The position numbers and the translations under genes were made by a program. Shown piece after piece: positions 25,772-38,850 of a stretch of DNA of 64,000 bases (positions within the stretch are counted from its first letter, which is position 1; every line of letters begins with the position of its first letter). Origin of the DNA: Octopus sinensis (Eukaryota). The stretch covers positions 25,482,001 to 25,546,000 of the forward strand of contig NC_043021.1 in the NCBI RefSeq assembly GCF_006345805.1. The letters are read 5' to 3'. Below the pieces are notes generated by a model. That model saw only the letters and a list, made by a program, of their open reading frames with translations. It was not told the origin of the DNA and did not search any database.

Positions 25772-27542
25772 CTGAAAATATATTCAGAAAGTAAAATGTA
25801 ATTTAGAATTCCAAAGCGAATAAATACACTCTTTTTTTGAAGAATATTTAGGGATTATTCAAAATCTCCCTCCTCATCATTCAACATCCACTTTTCTATG
25901 ATGACTGCAGGGGTCAGAATTTGTTGAGGCAGATTTTCTATGGCTGGATGCTCCTCCTGTCACCAACCCTCACCTCTTCACCTCTTTCCAAGCAAGGTAA
26001 TATTTCCCCATACTCAGATACGTTTTACATGGAAGACTGGAGACGAATGGCACTGCTTGTATAACAGTGACACTCATTTACAACTCATGCAGTGTCACAA
26101 CAAGGAGTCACAAACAAACACACACTCACATGCATGGAAACGTACGTACAGACATAGATACATATGTTCATATATAGATATATATGTACATATATGTCTA
26201 AGAAATCCACTCACTTTGGTCTGCCTGGGGTTATAGAAGAAGACACTCGTCCAAAGTGCCATGCAGTGGGACTGAACCTGAATCCCTGTGAGGCATCTCC
26301 TCTGTAGCAAGACACCTGTCCTTGTCCCTCTGTCCCTCTATCTTTTCAACTCCTGGCATAAAACTGCTGCACTACCCCCCCCCACCTCAAATACAGTCCC
26401 CTACTTAGTTGAGAGGAGTTTTGCTTTTTACTATTCTTACAAGTGGCTCAGCAGCCCAATAGTGCCAGTGGCACAAAAAAAAAAGAAAAAGACAAACAAA
26501 CCCAGTCTACTCTGGAAAGTGGTTGGTGTTAAGAAGGACATGCAGCCATAGAAACCATGCTAAGGCATACACTGGGCTTGATGTGGTCCTGTGGCTCACG
26601 AGACCCTGTCAAACCATCCAACGCATGTTCGCATGGAAAATGGACATTAAATGACGATGATAAAATATATATATATATATATATATATATACCAGAGTAA
26701 GCACATAAGTGTGAGGCAAGGTGGGAAAAATACTTGAATACTGGAAGTAGGGTAATATGCTTTATTATTAAAACTGCAAAAACATCACAAAAATATTTTT
26801 AAAAACTGCTACTCAGGATTTTATAAACAGACATCAAATTCCACCTCCACAAAACAGGAAGGTTATAATCCCTACAAAAATACCCTCACACCTTTTGCCT
26901 ACCCAACAAAAGAGGAACACCTGCAGGCTTATTTACAAAGTCCTACATGCATTAATGAATTCCAAACAATGACATAACCCCAAATTTAACCAATTAAAAA
27001 ATTTTCCAAGACACCTTTCCAAAACAACCAACCATAAAAACCTAATTACCACACCACTCAACCCCACACACCCAAAGAGGATTTTAACTCAACAGAGACG
27101 ATATAAAGGCAAGACTAACTCTAAGGCATCACAGTCCAACAATGAGCTGGCCGAAACTTCTAATAACACACACACACACATATTATATATATATATCATC
27201 ATCATCATCATCGTTTAACGTCTGCTTTCGATGCTGGCATGGGTTGGATGATTTGGCTGAGGACTGGCGAACCAGATGGCTGCACCAGGCTCCAATCTGA
27301 TCTGGCAGAGTTTCTACAGCTGGATGCCCTTCCAAATGCCAACCACTCCAAGAGTGTAGTGGATGCTTTTACGTGCCACTGGCACGAGGGCCACTCAGGC
27401 TGTACTGGCAACGGCCACACTCAAATGGTGTTTTTAGTAAAACTGTTTATGTTTCAATTTGTTGTACTTTGTTCTTATTTGATAGTTTTGTGTTCATTGG
27501 TTTTTGCAGATATGAAATATTCCCAAACAAAATAACCTCTAC

Positions 27543-27686
27543 CTTAGGTAATCCAGTGGTTCCAGATGTATGTAGAATGTACAGGGGATCCATTGCTGGC
27601 ACTGGTACACAATCTGTTGGTGAGGCAGAAGAAAGTTCTTCCATGTAACATACATCAAGGCCATTCTTAAACTTTGCCTTTTCTGC
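27543..27686 (-). CDS. ACSS3: ACSS3 exon 5 (AMP-binding P-loop)
   Basis: AEKAKFKNGLDVCYMEELSSASPTDCVPVPAMDPLYILHTSGTTGLPK. Confidence 0.95.
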
Positions 27687-27911
27687 CTGTAAAACATTAA
27701 TTCAGGTATAGAAACAATAATCTTTCAAATTCAACTGATATGGAAATAATACATGCATAAAATACAAATTTTTTTAAAATCTTTTAAAATTACGACTCAT
27801 TTCTTTCAATGTTTAGTAAGAAACATCCAGGAAATTTATTTGTACAGAATTTATATATTTTGTTGTTGGATTTGGTTTGCAAGATTCTTTATATGAGTTC
27901 GGGTGTTGAAG

Positions 27912-28080
27912 CATATTCTGTTGTGTCTGGGGAAAGTTCTTTTTGTTTTTGTGCCTTATTTAACACACTTAGTGGTAAAATTTCCACTTATTTCTTATTT
28001 TTGTTTTCCTAAAATTTTCGTTGTGTCTTGCAACCTTTTCAAGAGTCTTGACTATAGTCAAGACTATTGGAAAGACTATT
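27912..28080. repeat. Dispersed repeat with a 22-bp perfect palindrome
   Basis: AGTCTTGACTATAGTCAAGACT at 28044-28065. Homologous copy at about 59829-59990. Confidence 0.7.
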
Positions 28081-28364
28081 ATATATTTTCTATCTTGTTT
28101 TATTATTAAATTAAGAGGGAAATGTTCTGATTTAGTTTCCTCCTCCACCATTTAATGTCTGCTTTTCCATGCTTCCATGGATCTGATGAAATGTGCTCAT
28201 GCAGATTTTCTATGGCCGGGAGCCTTTCTTGTTGCCAACCCTCACCAGTTTCCAAACAATGTAATATTTACACACGACCAGACATGTTCTCACAGAATAC
28301 TGGAGACAAAGAACACCATTTGTATGACACTTGTTCACAATTCCCGTGCAATGTCAAGACAAGA

Positions 28365-28409
<45 letters not shown>

Positions 28410-30171
28410 TGCGCGCACACACACACACAGAAGGAGTTTCTTTTAGTTTATGTTGACCAACTTCACAAGGCATTGGTCATCTCAGGGCTATAACAGAAGA
28501 CACTTACTCAGTGTGCCATGCAGCAAGATTGAACCCAAGACCCCATGGTTAGAAAGCAAGCTTCTTACTCGCACAGCCACACCTGTTGCTATTTGCATTA
28601 TAATTATTAGATGTTTTGGGATGAATGCTATGAGAGACACCTTGTGTAGTTAATACTCAGTCAAGATTAGCTTAATGATTGAAAGAAAAACATCACTCAA
28701 CACTGCAAAAGACTGATCATGCAGAATGTTTATCACTCATGAGGAATAAACACGGTTGACCAGGACTTGTTCTTTTTAACAGTGGAATACAACAACAATA
28801 ACAATCATTTCTTTTATAGGCACAATGCCTGAAGTTTCGTGGGAGCATTCTGGTTGATTACATTGACCCCAGTCCTCAACTGGTCCTCAAATTTTATTGA
28901 CCCCAAAAAGGCAAAGTCAACCTCAGCAGAATTTGAACTCAAAACAAAGCCAAAAGAAATGCCATGAAGTATTTTGTCCAGTGTGCTAACGATTCTGCCA
29001 GCTTGAATGCCTTATAACAACAACACCTTTAAGCAGAGCGTTTTGAAGGTATGTCATTAGGTACAGGTACAGAGAGGACATTTCTAATTAAAACAGCATT
29101 TCAAAAAAATGTTCTTGCTGAATTAATTCGCAGACTCAACAGAAGAAGCAAGACTCATTCTGTTTACTAACTTCATCTCTCTTTGGATGTTCAGCTTCAG
29201 TGTACATTGGTCGACTCTGATGCTGTACCAGTTCCCCTTCAGTCACATCCCCATTCCACAGTGGATTACAATGTGATTACAAGAAAACTAGGGCCCAGGT
29301 CCCTTAGCAATGAATAGGCAGTTCTCGTGAAGAACTCAATCTACAGACGAGGGTGCCATTTATGTGCTGGCCCCTACTATGACTGCTTTATTTATCCCAG
29401 GAAAGAATAAAATCTGCCAGAACTGCGGAAAATAGTTGGATATTTTCCATGGTTATCATTCCCCTCACCATCATTGAACTCTTACTGTTCCATGCTGACA
29501 TGGGTCAGATGGAATTTATCAGATTTTTGACAACCTTCCTCTTGCTAACCCTCACTGGTTTCTAAGCAAAGCATTATTTCCATGGTGAGTTGTACTTTCA
29601 GAGAAGACTGGAGACAAGGAACATTACTTCTATGAATGTAATACTTGTTTCTATCTGTGACAAAGAGACATAAACACATAATCATCAACATTTAATGTCC
29701 ATTTTTCATGCTGGCATGGGTTGGACAGTTTGACAGGAGTTGGCAAGGCCAGGAGCCACACCCGGTTCCACAGCCTGTTTTAGCTTGGTTTCTGCAGATG
29801 GATGCCCTTCCTAATGCCAACCACATTACAGAGTGAACTGGGTACTTTTTATGTGGCATCAGCACCAATGAATTTTACAGTACACCAGCACTGATAGGAT
29901 CTTCCTCTTCCACAAGTTCCATTCACTTTAAGAGACTGTCACTTTTTTATGCAACTCTCCACGTCCATATGCAAGAAGACTGTGCTAATTTGCTCACACA
30001 CACACACACACACATGTAAAAAGCACTCAGCACACTCTGTCAAGTGGTTGGCATTAGGAAGGTCATCCAGCCATTGAAACCATGCTGGGCAGCTCTCCGA
30101 GTGGCCATCTCCAGTCAAACCATCCAACTCATGCCAGCATGGAAAATGGATAATATACGAAGATGATGATG

Positions 30172-30202
<31 letters not shown>

Positions 30203-31755
30203 TCTTTTTTTATTCTTTTATTTGTTTCAGTCATCTGACTGTGGCCATGCTGGAGCACCCCAGGACTTATTCTTTGTAAGCTTAGTGCTTATTCTATCGA
30301 TCTCTTTTGCAGAATTGTTAAGTTACGGGGACGTAAACACACCAGCATCAGTTGTCAGGCAATGGTAGGGAGATAAAGACAGACACACAAACATACACAC
30401 ACATATACAAGGGATTCTTTCAGTTTCTATCTACCAAATCCACTTACAAGGCTTTGGTTGGCCCGAGGGTATAGTAGAAGACACTGGCCCAAGGTGTCAT
30501 GCAGTGGGACTGAACCTGGAACCAAGGTACTTACCACACAGCCACTCCTGCGCCTATATATGTAGATATGATGGGCTTCTTTCAGTTTCCACCCGTCAAA
30601 TCCACTCACAAGGCATTAGTAGAGGATACTTGCTCAAAGTGGCATGCAGTGGGACTGAACTCAAAACCTTGTGGTTGGTAAATGAACTTCATAACAGCCA
30701 TGTCTGTTACCAGTTTATAGAAAAATAATCAATAAACTGTAAATGGATACACACACACGCATGTGTGTGTGTGTGTATATATGTGTGTGTACATATATAT
30801 ATATATATATGTATGTAGTGGATCTTGCATGCATGAAGTGGATTCGATCCACCATAGCCAAATTTAAATTAACACTGCAACAGAAATTTTCCCACAATGG
30901 AACAATGGATTTTCTCTGACAGCAGTTTTACATTTTCCAGATGCCTTTAGCTAGGCTGAAATAATGTCTTCACCACTTGACCCTTTCTAACCTCTTCTAC
31001 TTCACCAAAAGATAGAATAGAGATAACAAGATCACCAACTAAATCTATTGTTCTCAATGATATGTCTATCCTTCTGGATAGCTATAAAAACAAGAACCCC
31101 CAAGCAAAAACCAAGTAGTCACTTGGTGACAACTGAACAAGGCAGCTCGTGATGACTCAATTAGTTAGGGAACGGACTGCTAGAATCACGATCACAGGGA
31201 ATGCCTCTACTGAAGATAATGGTCAGCGAGAGAAATGAAATTTTCTGTCAGCAACTGTGAGACAACGTTCCACACCCTACAACTCTCACTAGCTCTAATA
31301 CTGTTCTCTTACAACATCATTCTATCACTATCTGCGGATTACTACAAACTATTCATATATGCCAAACTATGCAAAGAAACATTCTACCGCATCTAACTTT
31401 CTTTCGCATGCTTTTGGATTCATAATAACCTGCCTGTCGAGGGATGGCATTTTTCAACGTAACGGTAAATAAATACTTTCTTAAAACTGCATGCATTGTT
31501 CATCTTTCTCATCCTACAACATGCAATAATAGCAACAAATTTTTATCGTTACAACTACTGACTCTGACATTACATAATATGGTTTACTAATCAAATTTCC
31601 CCTGTTTTATATATATATACATACATACATACGTTGAGAGAGAGAGAAAGAGAGAGAGAGTGCATATGCATGTATATATACATAGACTGGAACTGAATAT
31701 ATGTGTATATAGAGAGTGTAAAATGAGCACTTAAATTAGTGCAGAGAAAGCTCAC

Positions 31756-31887
31756 CTGGGGTCTGTTGAAAATAATGCATTTTTTCGGTTTATGGCTGAT
31801 TAGTTCTAATGCTTCATCTAAAATTGGTTTATATTCAACAATCCTGGTTGGTTCAATGCCACAGTTTGAGCTGACAATGACTTTGGG
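31756..31887 (-). CDS. ACSS3: ACSS3 exon 4
   Basis: PKVIVSSNCGIEPTRIVEYKPILDEALELISHKPKKCIIFNRPQ; AG/GT boundaries. Confidence 0.95.
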
Positions 31888-32551
31888 CTTGAAACAGAAT
31901 TGTAGAAATTCAGAATTAAGATTAAAAGCATATAACAGCAAAATAATAATACAAAAAAAAAACGAACTTATTGTATACACTAGAGCCCATCAAAAGAAAA
32001 AATAATAATAATAATTAGCCAATGAACAGCACACATAATAATGCACTGGAAGTGGACAGTGAAAGAGTCATAACAAAAAAAAAAGAAATATTTATAAAAT
32101 ATAAAAAACGAAGTTGGGTGGGGGGCATCAAAAGTAGTGTTGGTGAATTTTGGGAAGCATGGAAGTTTTGATGGATGTAAGCATGACATGGAGAACATCA
32201 TCATTCTCATTGTTTTAACGTCTACTTATTCAAGCTAGCATGGGTCAGATGGAATTCACTGAGGAATATTGATGGATCTTCACCCAAACTGTCGTCTTTG
32301 AAGAGAATTTTCTCCAGAGATTAATTTCCACAACAAAAGGTCTTCTCACACTGGAATATACACAAATGCTTCTTTCAGTTTCCACATATCAAATCCACTC
32401 ACAAGGTTTTGGTTGGCTTTTGGGATTGAACCAGAAACCATGTGGTTGAGAAGTTTATAAAGACCTATTTACATGATCCTCAATATTTTTTCATTTGTGT
32501 CTTAAATTTATAAATCGATATTTCACCAATAATCAATCAAACTTCTCTTAC

Positions 32552-32740
32552 TTTTGCATGTTCAATTCTGTTGGAAAGTTCTTTGGCACCAAATCCGCCA
32601 AACACTACAGCATGAATGGCTCCAATTCTGGCTGCTGCCAACATAGTTACAATAGCTTGAGGAATGGCTGGCATGTAGATCAGGACACGATCTCCTTTCT
32701 GAACACCATGTTTTCTTAGAACTCCAGCAAAATGTTTCAC
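32552..32740 (-). CDS. ACSS3: ACSS3 exon 3
   Basis: [63 protein letters not shown]; AG/GT boundaries. Confidence 0.96.
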
Positions 32741-33695
32741 CTGAAAAATTGTTATTGCAGGAAAATTAACGGAATAAATTCAAAAGCTGATAGAATGAGA
32801 CAATCAGATGTGGCTTTAGGATACTGACCATTTGGCATGGCTGACTGGACATTCAGCTGATTTTGGCAAACAAACAAACACACACATGCATGTGTGCACA
32901 CAGAAATATATTCATACGGATAAACAGAGAAAGTGAGAGTTATTACCATTTCATAATTAATTGCATGAATACTTATATACACACACATATATACATACAT
33001 GATGGGTTTCTTTGAGGTTCTGTCTACCAAATTCACTTACAACAGTCTGGTTAGTGATGAGCTATAGTAGAAGAGACTTGCCTAAGGTGCCATGCACTGG
33101 AATTGAACTCAAAATCATAATGTTGGGAAGCAAACTTTTTAATCACACAGCCATACCTGATAACAAAGATGTGCATTGTCCAAAATTACTCAACTGACAG
33201 GGACTCTATTTACGGTCATTCAAGCTGCTAGAAAAAGCAGCTAGACTTCTCTTAAATAACACTCTACCATCATAAGAATGGGGAAGGGCACACTAGGTAA
33301 TATTAGTCTCAGATGCCTATAAAACTACTTGATGGCCATGGTTGGAATGTCTTTTCATTATATAATTACTGAACCAGGAAATAAATAACAACAAATTATC
33401 TAAATGCCAATGGTCCCTTCCTTCTGGGAACACTTGGAGATCAAAAGTCATTGGGTATGAGAGGGTTTGTTTTGACCCCTAAACTGTCCATAACAAAGAT
33501 ATCTCTCTTGGCAATGACTCTAATTTCACCTTCAAGCAGTGTTGTCTCCCTACACCTGACTTTGACTTCACCTTCAAACTGTGTGGCCACCACCACCCAC
33601 TCTGTCCTGGTGTTGACATTGATATCGCCTTCAAACAGTCTGATCCGGTAACAGCCACTATCCTTGTTCAAACCTTTAACACTTCTCTCTCTCTC

Positions 33696-33759
<64 letters not shown>

Positions 33760-33953
33760 ACACACACACACACATATTCCAAGAAAGTTAGAGGTTATGA
33801 ATCTAACCAACTAAGGTATAATATCTATCCAATATACTGCTGGTAGAATATCTTATCATTAATATACAAGTGTTTTTTTCATTGCATTGCAATTACATTA
33901 CCTAGTGTACAAAATGGGTGAAGGTAAAGAGATATTTTACCATTAATTTATAT

Positions 33954-34087
33954 AGCAATAAGAAAATGGAGGGGATCAATAGGTGGTTCATCAAATTTTA
34001 GACATTATATTATGGCAATAATAAATTGACATAATATAATGTCAAAAAGTTAATGAACCACCTATTGATCCACTCCATTTTCTTATT

Positions 34088-34090
<3 letters not shown>
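33954..34090. repeat. 137-bp foldback / palindromic MITE
   Basis: AGCAATAAGAAAATGGAG...GACATTATATTATG (33954-34013) pairs with CATAATATAATGTC...CTCCATTTTCTTATTGCT (34030-34090), with a few mismatches. Confidence 0.85.
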
Positions 34091-34169
<79 letters not shown>

Positions 34170-34599
34170 AAAAGAGTTAGCGGTTATAGTAACTGACTAA
34201 GGGATAAAATATACGTATATACTATCAGTATCTGTTACCTGTATTATTCCCAGGCATTGGTGTGTAGGCACACCATACATGTAGAGTGCAGGTAACAACA
34301 AGAGTTTATCAGGAACCACTGCAAATAATAAAAAAATGGTGGTTTTCTCCATTTTCTAATTATTTGCATTATATATATATATATAGGAGTGGTCTGCCCT
34401 TGGGCAGGTCCTGTGCATGTTATCCTTCTCCATCACTCTCTATACAACAACCTAAGGGGGCCGATCCTCCACCCCACTATCACAAATGAGTAGATTACTG
34501 GAGCTATGTCCATGTATGATTAGATTTATGTGTGGTTTCCAATTGTCTTCTCCAAGTCTCTACCTGGGACGTAGCCAGCCCACTTATGCATACCTTTCC

Positions 34600-35040
34600 T
34601 TCTTGTGACACAAACCCTACTTGTGAAGACCTGTTGAGGCAAGTGAAAATCAAAAATCAAAAATCAAAATCAAAATCGAAATCGATCAACATCAATGGAA
34701 ATTGTAGCTGTGATACCAGTGCTGGTGGCACGTAAGAGAACCATCCGAAAGTGGCCGTTGCCAGCGCCGCCCCGACTGGCCTCCATGCCGGTGGCACATA
34801 AAAAAGCACCATCCGATCGTGGCTGTTTGCCAGCCTCGTCTGGCACCTGTGCAGGTGGCACATAATAAGCAACCACAACACTCACAGAGTGGTTGGCATT
34901 AGGAAGGGCATCCAGCTGTAGAAACATTGCCAGATCAGACATGGCCTGGCGCAGCCTTCTGGCTTCCCAGACCCCAGTTGAACCGTCCAACCCATGCTAG
35001 CATGGAAAACGGACGTAAAACGATGGTGATGATGATGAAG
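34600..35040 (+). mobile_element. Abundant SINE-like family with (GAT)n tail
   Basis: Contains GGTTGGCATTAGGAAGGGCATCCAGCTGTAG and CCCATGCTAGCATGGAAA. Other copies at about 560-860, 16650-16870, 21585-21800, 27195-27430, 29690-29875, 30012-30172, 38850-39130, 50150-50440, 52650-52860, 53905-54260, 56200-56355 and 59045-59260. Confidence 0.8.
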
Positions 35041-35444
35041 CAGATGGGAATCGAACTCAAAACATAGAGAATCAGAAGATATACTGTTAAGCATTTCTGC
35101 TGACAATGCCATTGATTCTGCCACTCTCCTGCCCACCAGAGCAATGTGAAATGAAGCATTTTGCCCAAGAACACAACAAGCCACCCAGTCCAGGAACTGA
35201 ACCCGTGATCTTGCAATAATAAGTGCAACACTCTAAGTACTGAATCTTGTACCTTCACACTTTAAATATGAAATAGGCGCAGGAGTGGCTGTGTAGTAAG
35301 AAGCTTGCTTTTCAACCACATGGTTCCGAGTTCAGTCCCACTGCATGGCACCTTGGGCAAGTGTCTTCTACTATAGCCTCGGGCCGACCAAAGCCTTGTG
35401 AGTGGATTTGGTAGATAGAAACTGAAAGAAGCCCGTCGTATATA

Positions 35445-35513
<69 letters not shown>

Positions 35514-35864
35514 TGGATGCCTTTCCTAATACCAACTTCTTTACAGAGTGTACTGGGTAGAAATTTATAGGGTCAAGAGACACACACACACACACACACA
35601 CACGTGAGTGTGTGTGTATCATCCCCTCAGAACCAAGAAAAGTGACTCTCTGTAGCCTATAGCTGCATCCATCTCTCATTTTGTTTTACAAGTTTCCTAT
35701 AAAAACCATTCTATTACATTCTATATATAAACAGGCCCCTCTATGTTACCCATTTTATTAATCCATGTTTGTGTACATCAGGGTTCTGTTATGTCACCCA
35801 TATTCTCTGTACATAAATTACCTTCCCTCTAATTCAACTAACCCCACACGAACCTAACTAGAAG

Positions 35865-36338
35865 ATTCCCCGCCCCCACCTCCTCAAGAAAACGAGACAG
35901 TTTAGGGTACACTTTCACTATTTCTATAACCCACCACCATCACCACCACCCCAATGCAGTTCATAATAGTAATAGTGGTGGTGGTTGTGTTGGGGCAACA
36001 TAGGATAATATATGATAATGTATGATAATATATAGTGTCCTTTGACAAGCTCATTAGTCATCTGCCTGGTGAATGACATAATAAATACAGTGGCAGAAGT
36101 GTGAGGCACCCTGCTGATGGCAATGCAAGGTTATAAATGCAGATTGGGAGTCACAAAGTAAACAATGTTTGAATTATGAGAACAGAGTTACAAACACTGA
36201 ACGTAAAACTTTTACTGAATGAACTCTTTGGGGGAAGATTAAGGTGAAGGACGCTCGGGCAACAAGAGCAGATATCAGGCCACAAGTCAGTGTGTATAGA
36301 TACACACACACACACACATATGCATATATATATATATG

Positions 36339-36384
<46 letters not shown>

Positions 36385-36601
36385 CCGCCCCCACCTCCTC
36401 AAGAAAACGAGACAGTTTAGGGTACACTTTCACTATTTCTATAACCCACCACCACCACCACCACACCACCACCACCCCAATGCAGTTCATAATAGTAATA
36501 GTGGTGGTGGTTGTGTTGGGGCAACATACATAATATATGATAATGTATGATAATATATAGTGTCCTTTGACTGCTCATTAGTTATCTGCATGGTGAATGA
36601 C

Positions 36602-36606
<5 letters not shown>
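35865..36606. repeat. Local direct duplication, about 220 bp x2
   Basis: 35865-36083 and 36381-36606 are near-identical apart from (CAC)n length; the second copy is bounded by (TA)n. Confidence 0.85.
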
Positions 36607-36636
<30 letters not shown>

Positions 36637-36768
36637 TAACACACACACACACATATATATATACACTAACACACACACATATATTATATATATATATATA
36701 TATATGTACATACATACATACATATGTATATAAATATATGTATATGCATATATATATATATATATATA

Positions 36769-37467
36769 TAATTAATTAATAAGGGTGAGAGAATTAGATA
36801 CTAATTTAATAGTATATCTATTCAACACCAAGTGGCCTAGTGCTCCGAGAAACCTGAATTATTATAATATTTTATAATATATTATAATATTTTTACAAAA
36901 TAAATATAAGAGAGTGGTCACTATATGGCTCACTCTAGCACCAGTTAATCCAAAAGGTTTCAACCACAAAAATACATGTTTCCCATGAAAGTCAGTACGA
37001 TTGTTAGCTCACACGGACAGGGCAAATAAAAAATAACAAAAATACAGATTATTTTGGGACAATTGTTTCACTATTAATGAATTAAATGTAATTTTACTTA
37101 CAAAAAAATCCACTTGTAGCTCCTCAGCCAAAACTATCTGGATGAAATCCACTCAATCACACGCCAGATTTTACCATAACGATAAATACGCGTGTGGTTC
37201 AATTGATTGCATCCGACGTTATAATTCAAATGCCCCAACTAACAGCGCGCCAAACTTTCACGGAAAACAAATACAGCATTTAGAAATAAATGCAGCATAA
37301 TTATAATTAATTAATAAGGGTGAGAGAATTAGATACTAATTTAATAGTATATCTATTCAACACCAAGTGGCTTAGCGCTCCGAGAAACCTGGATTATTAT
37401 AATATTTTATAATATATTATAATATTTTTACAAAATAAATATAAGAGAGTGGTCACTATATGGCTCA
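36769..37467 (-). mobile_element. Retrozyme / Penelope-derived tandem element (535-nt unit, 164-bp terminal direct repeats) in (TA)n
   Basis: 36769-36932 and 37304-37467 differ at 3 positions by my count; offset 535. Hammerhead lies between them; (TA)n-type tracts on both sides. Confidence 0.6.
37045..37140 (-). ncRNA. Type I hammerhead ribozyme candidate, intact core
   Basis: Minus strand: stem I CAGATAGTTTTGG/CCAAAATAATCTG, core CTGAGGA, stem II closed by GCTA/TAGT, GAAA, stem III palindrome ACAATTGT, GUC cleavage triplet. Confidence 0.72.
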
Positions 37468-37518
37468 ATATATATATGTATATGTATATATGCATATATA
37501 TATTTATACATATGCATG

Positions 37519-37552
<34 letters not shown>

Positions 37553-38474
37553 TATATATGTATACACATATATATACAAGTACATATATACATATACACA
37601 TATAATGGCATACACACACGCATATATGCATACATACACACACATACATAGACACACACACATACATTTACATGCATACACATTGATATTCCCACACCTT
37701 CCCTCAGGTGAATATTCATCTCCAGCCATGCGGCCTCTCACACCTACCTGTAAAAGGCCAACTGGTAAGACAACATACAAAGCTGTTCGTGTTGGCCTCT
37801 CATGGTGGGAAACACGAAAGACAGGAGCTCAGCTCAACAAAAGATTGCAAAATGAAATGTTGAAAACATTTTCCCAAACTAAGAAAAAAAAATAACAAAA
37901 ATAAACAACATGGCTGTGTGGTAGGAAGTTTGTTTCCCTATCACATGGTTTCAGGTTCAGTCCCAGTGCATGGTACCTTGGGCAACTGTCTTTTACTATA
38001 ACCTCAGAGTGATCAAAGCCTTGCAAGTGGATTTAGTAGATGGAAACTGAAAGAAGCCCACATTTCTTCCCCTAACACCCGTCAAGCCTCTACCTGTGGC
38101 CCTACGTGGCTGCATTCCAGTTACCCCTGACCAAACTGCTTCTATCTCCCTTCCCACACCGTTTCCATCATTCACCTTGCTGTGCCTTCATCCATTGCAC
38201 TCTCTCCTCTAACATGCACCGTCTTAACACTCCCCACTTATCTCCTATCCACTCTCCTATCAACGACCATCACGCACACTACTAGAACCACCTCTATGGG
38301 CCTCTACATCTCCCTCCCCCACCTCTTCTACAGCTTACACATCATCCCTCTACATACTGATCTATTCTCCTTCCTAACCTACTTGTATACTTGTGGGGTA
38401 ACCAGACTACCCCATGGATAAATAATATTTATCCAGTTGAACACTTATTCTCACTGTTTGATATTAATATGTGC

Positions 38475-38550
<76 letters not shown>

Positions 38551-38810
38551 AGGCGCAATGGCCCAGTGGTTAGGGCAGCGTAGGATCGTTGTGTGTGTTT
38601 ATTGAGCAAAAACACCTAAAAGCTCCACGAGGCTCTGGCAGGGGGTGGTGATCCCTGCTGTACTCTTTCACCACTCTTTCTCTCACTCTTTCTTCTGTTG
38701 GCCTGCTCGCTTAGCCAGCGGGGTGGCGTCATTTGAAGGCTAAAACCATGCGAATGCATTGTGACCAGCGATTGGTAGCAACATCTGATGGTCTGGTCGG
38801 TCACGTGACA

Positions 38811-38850
<40 letters not shown>

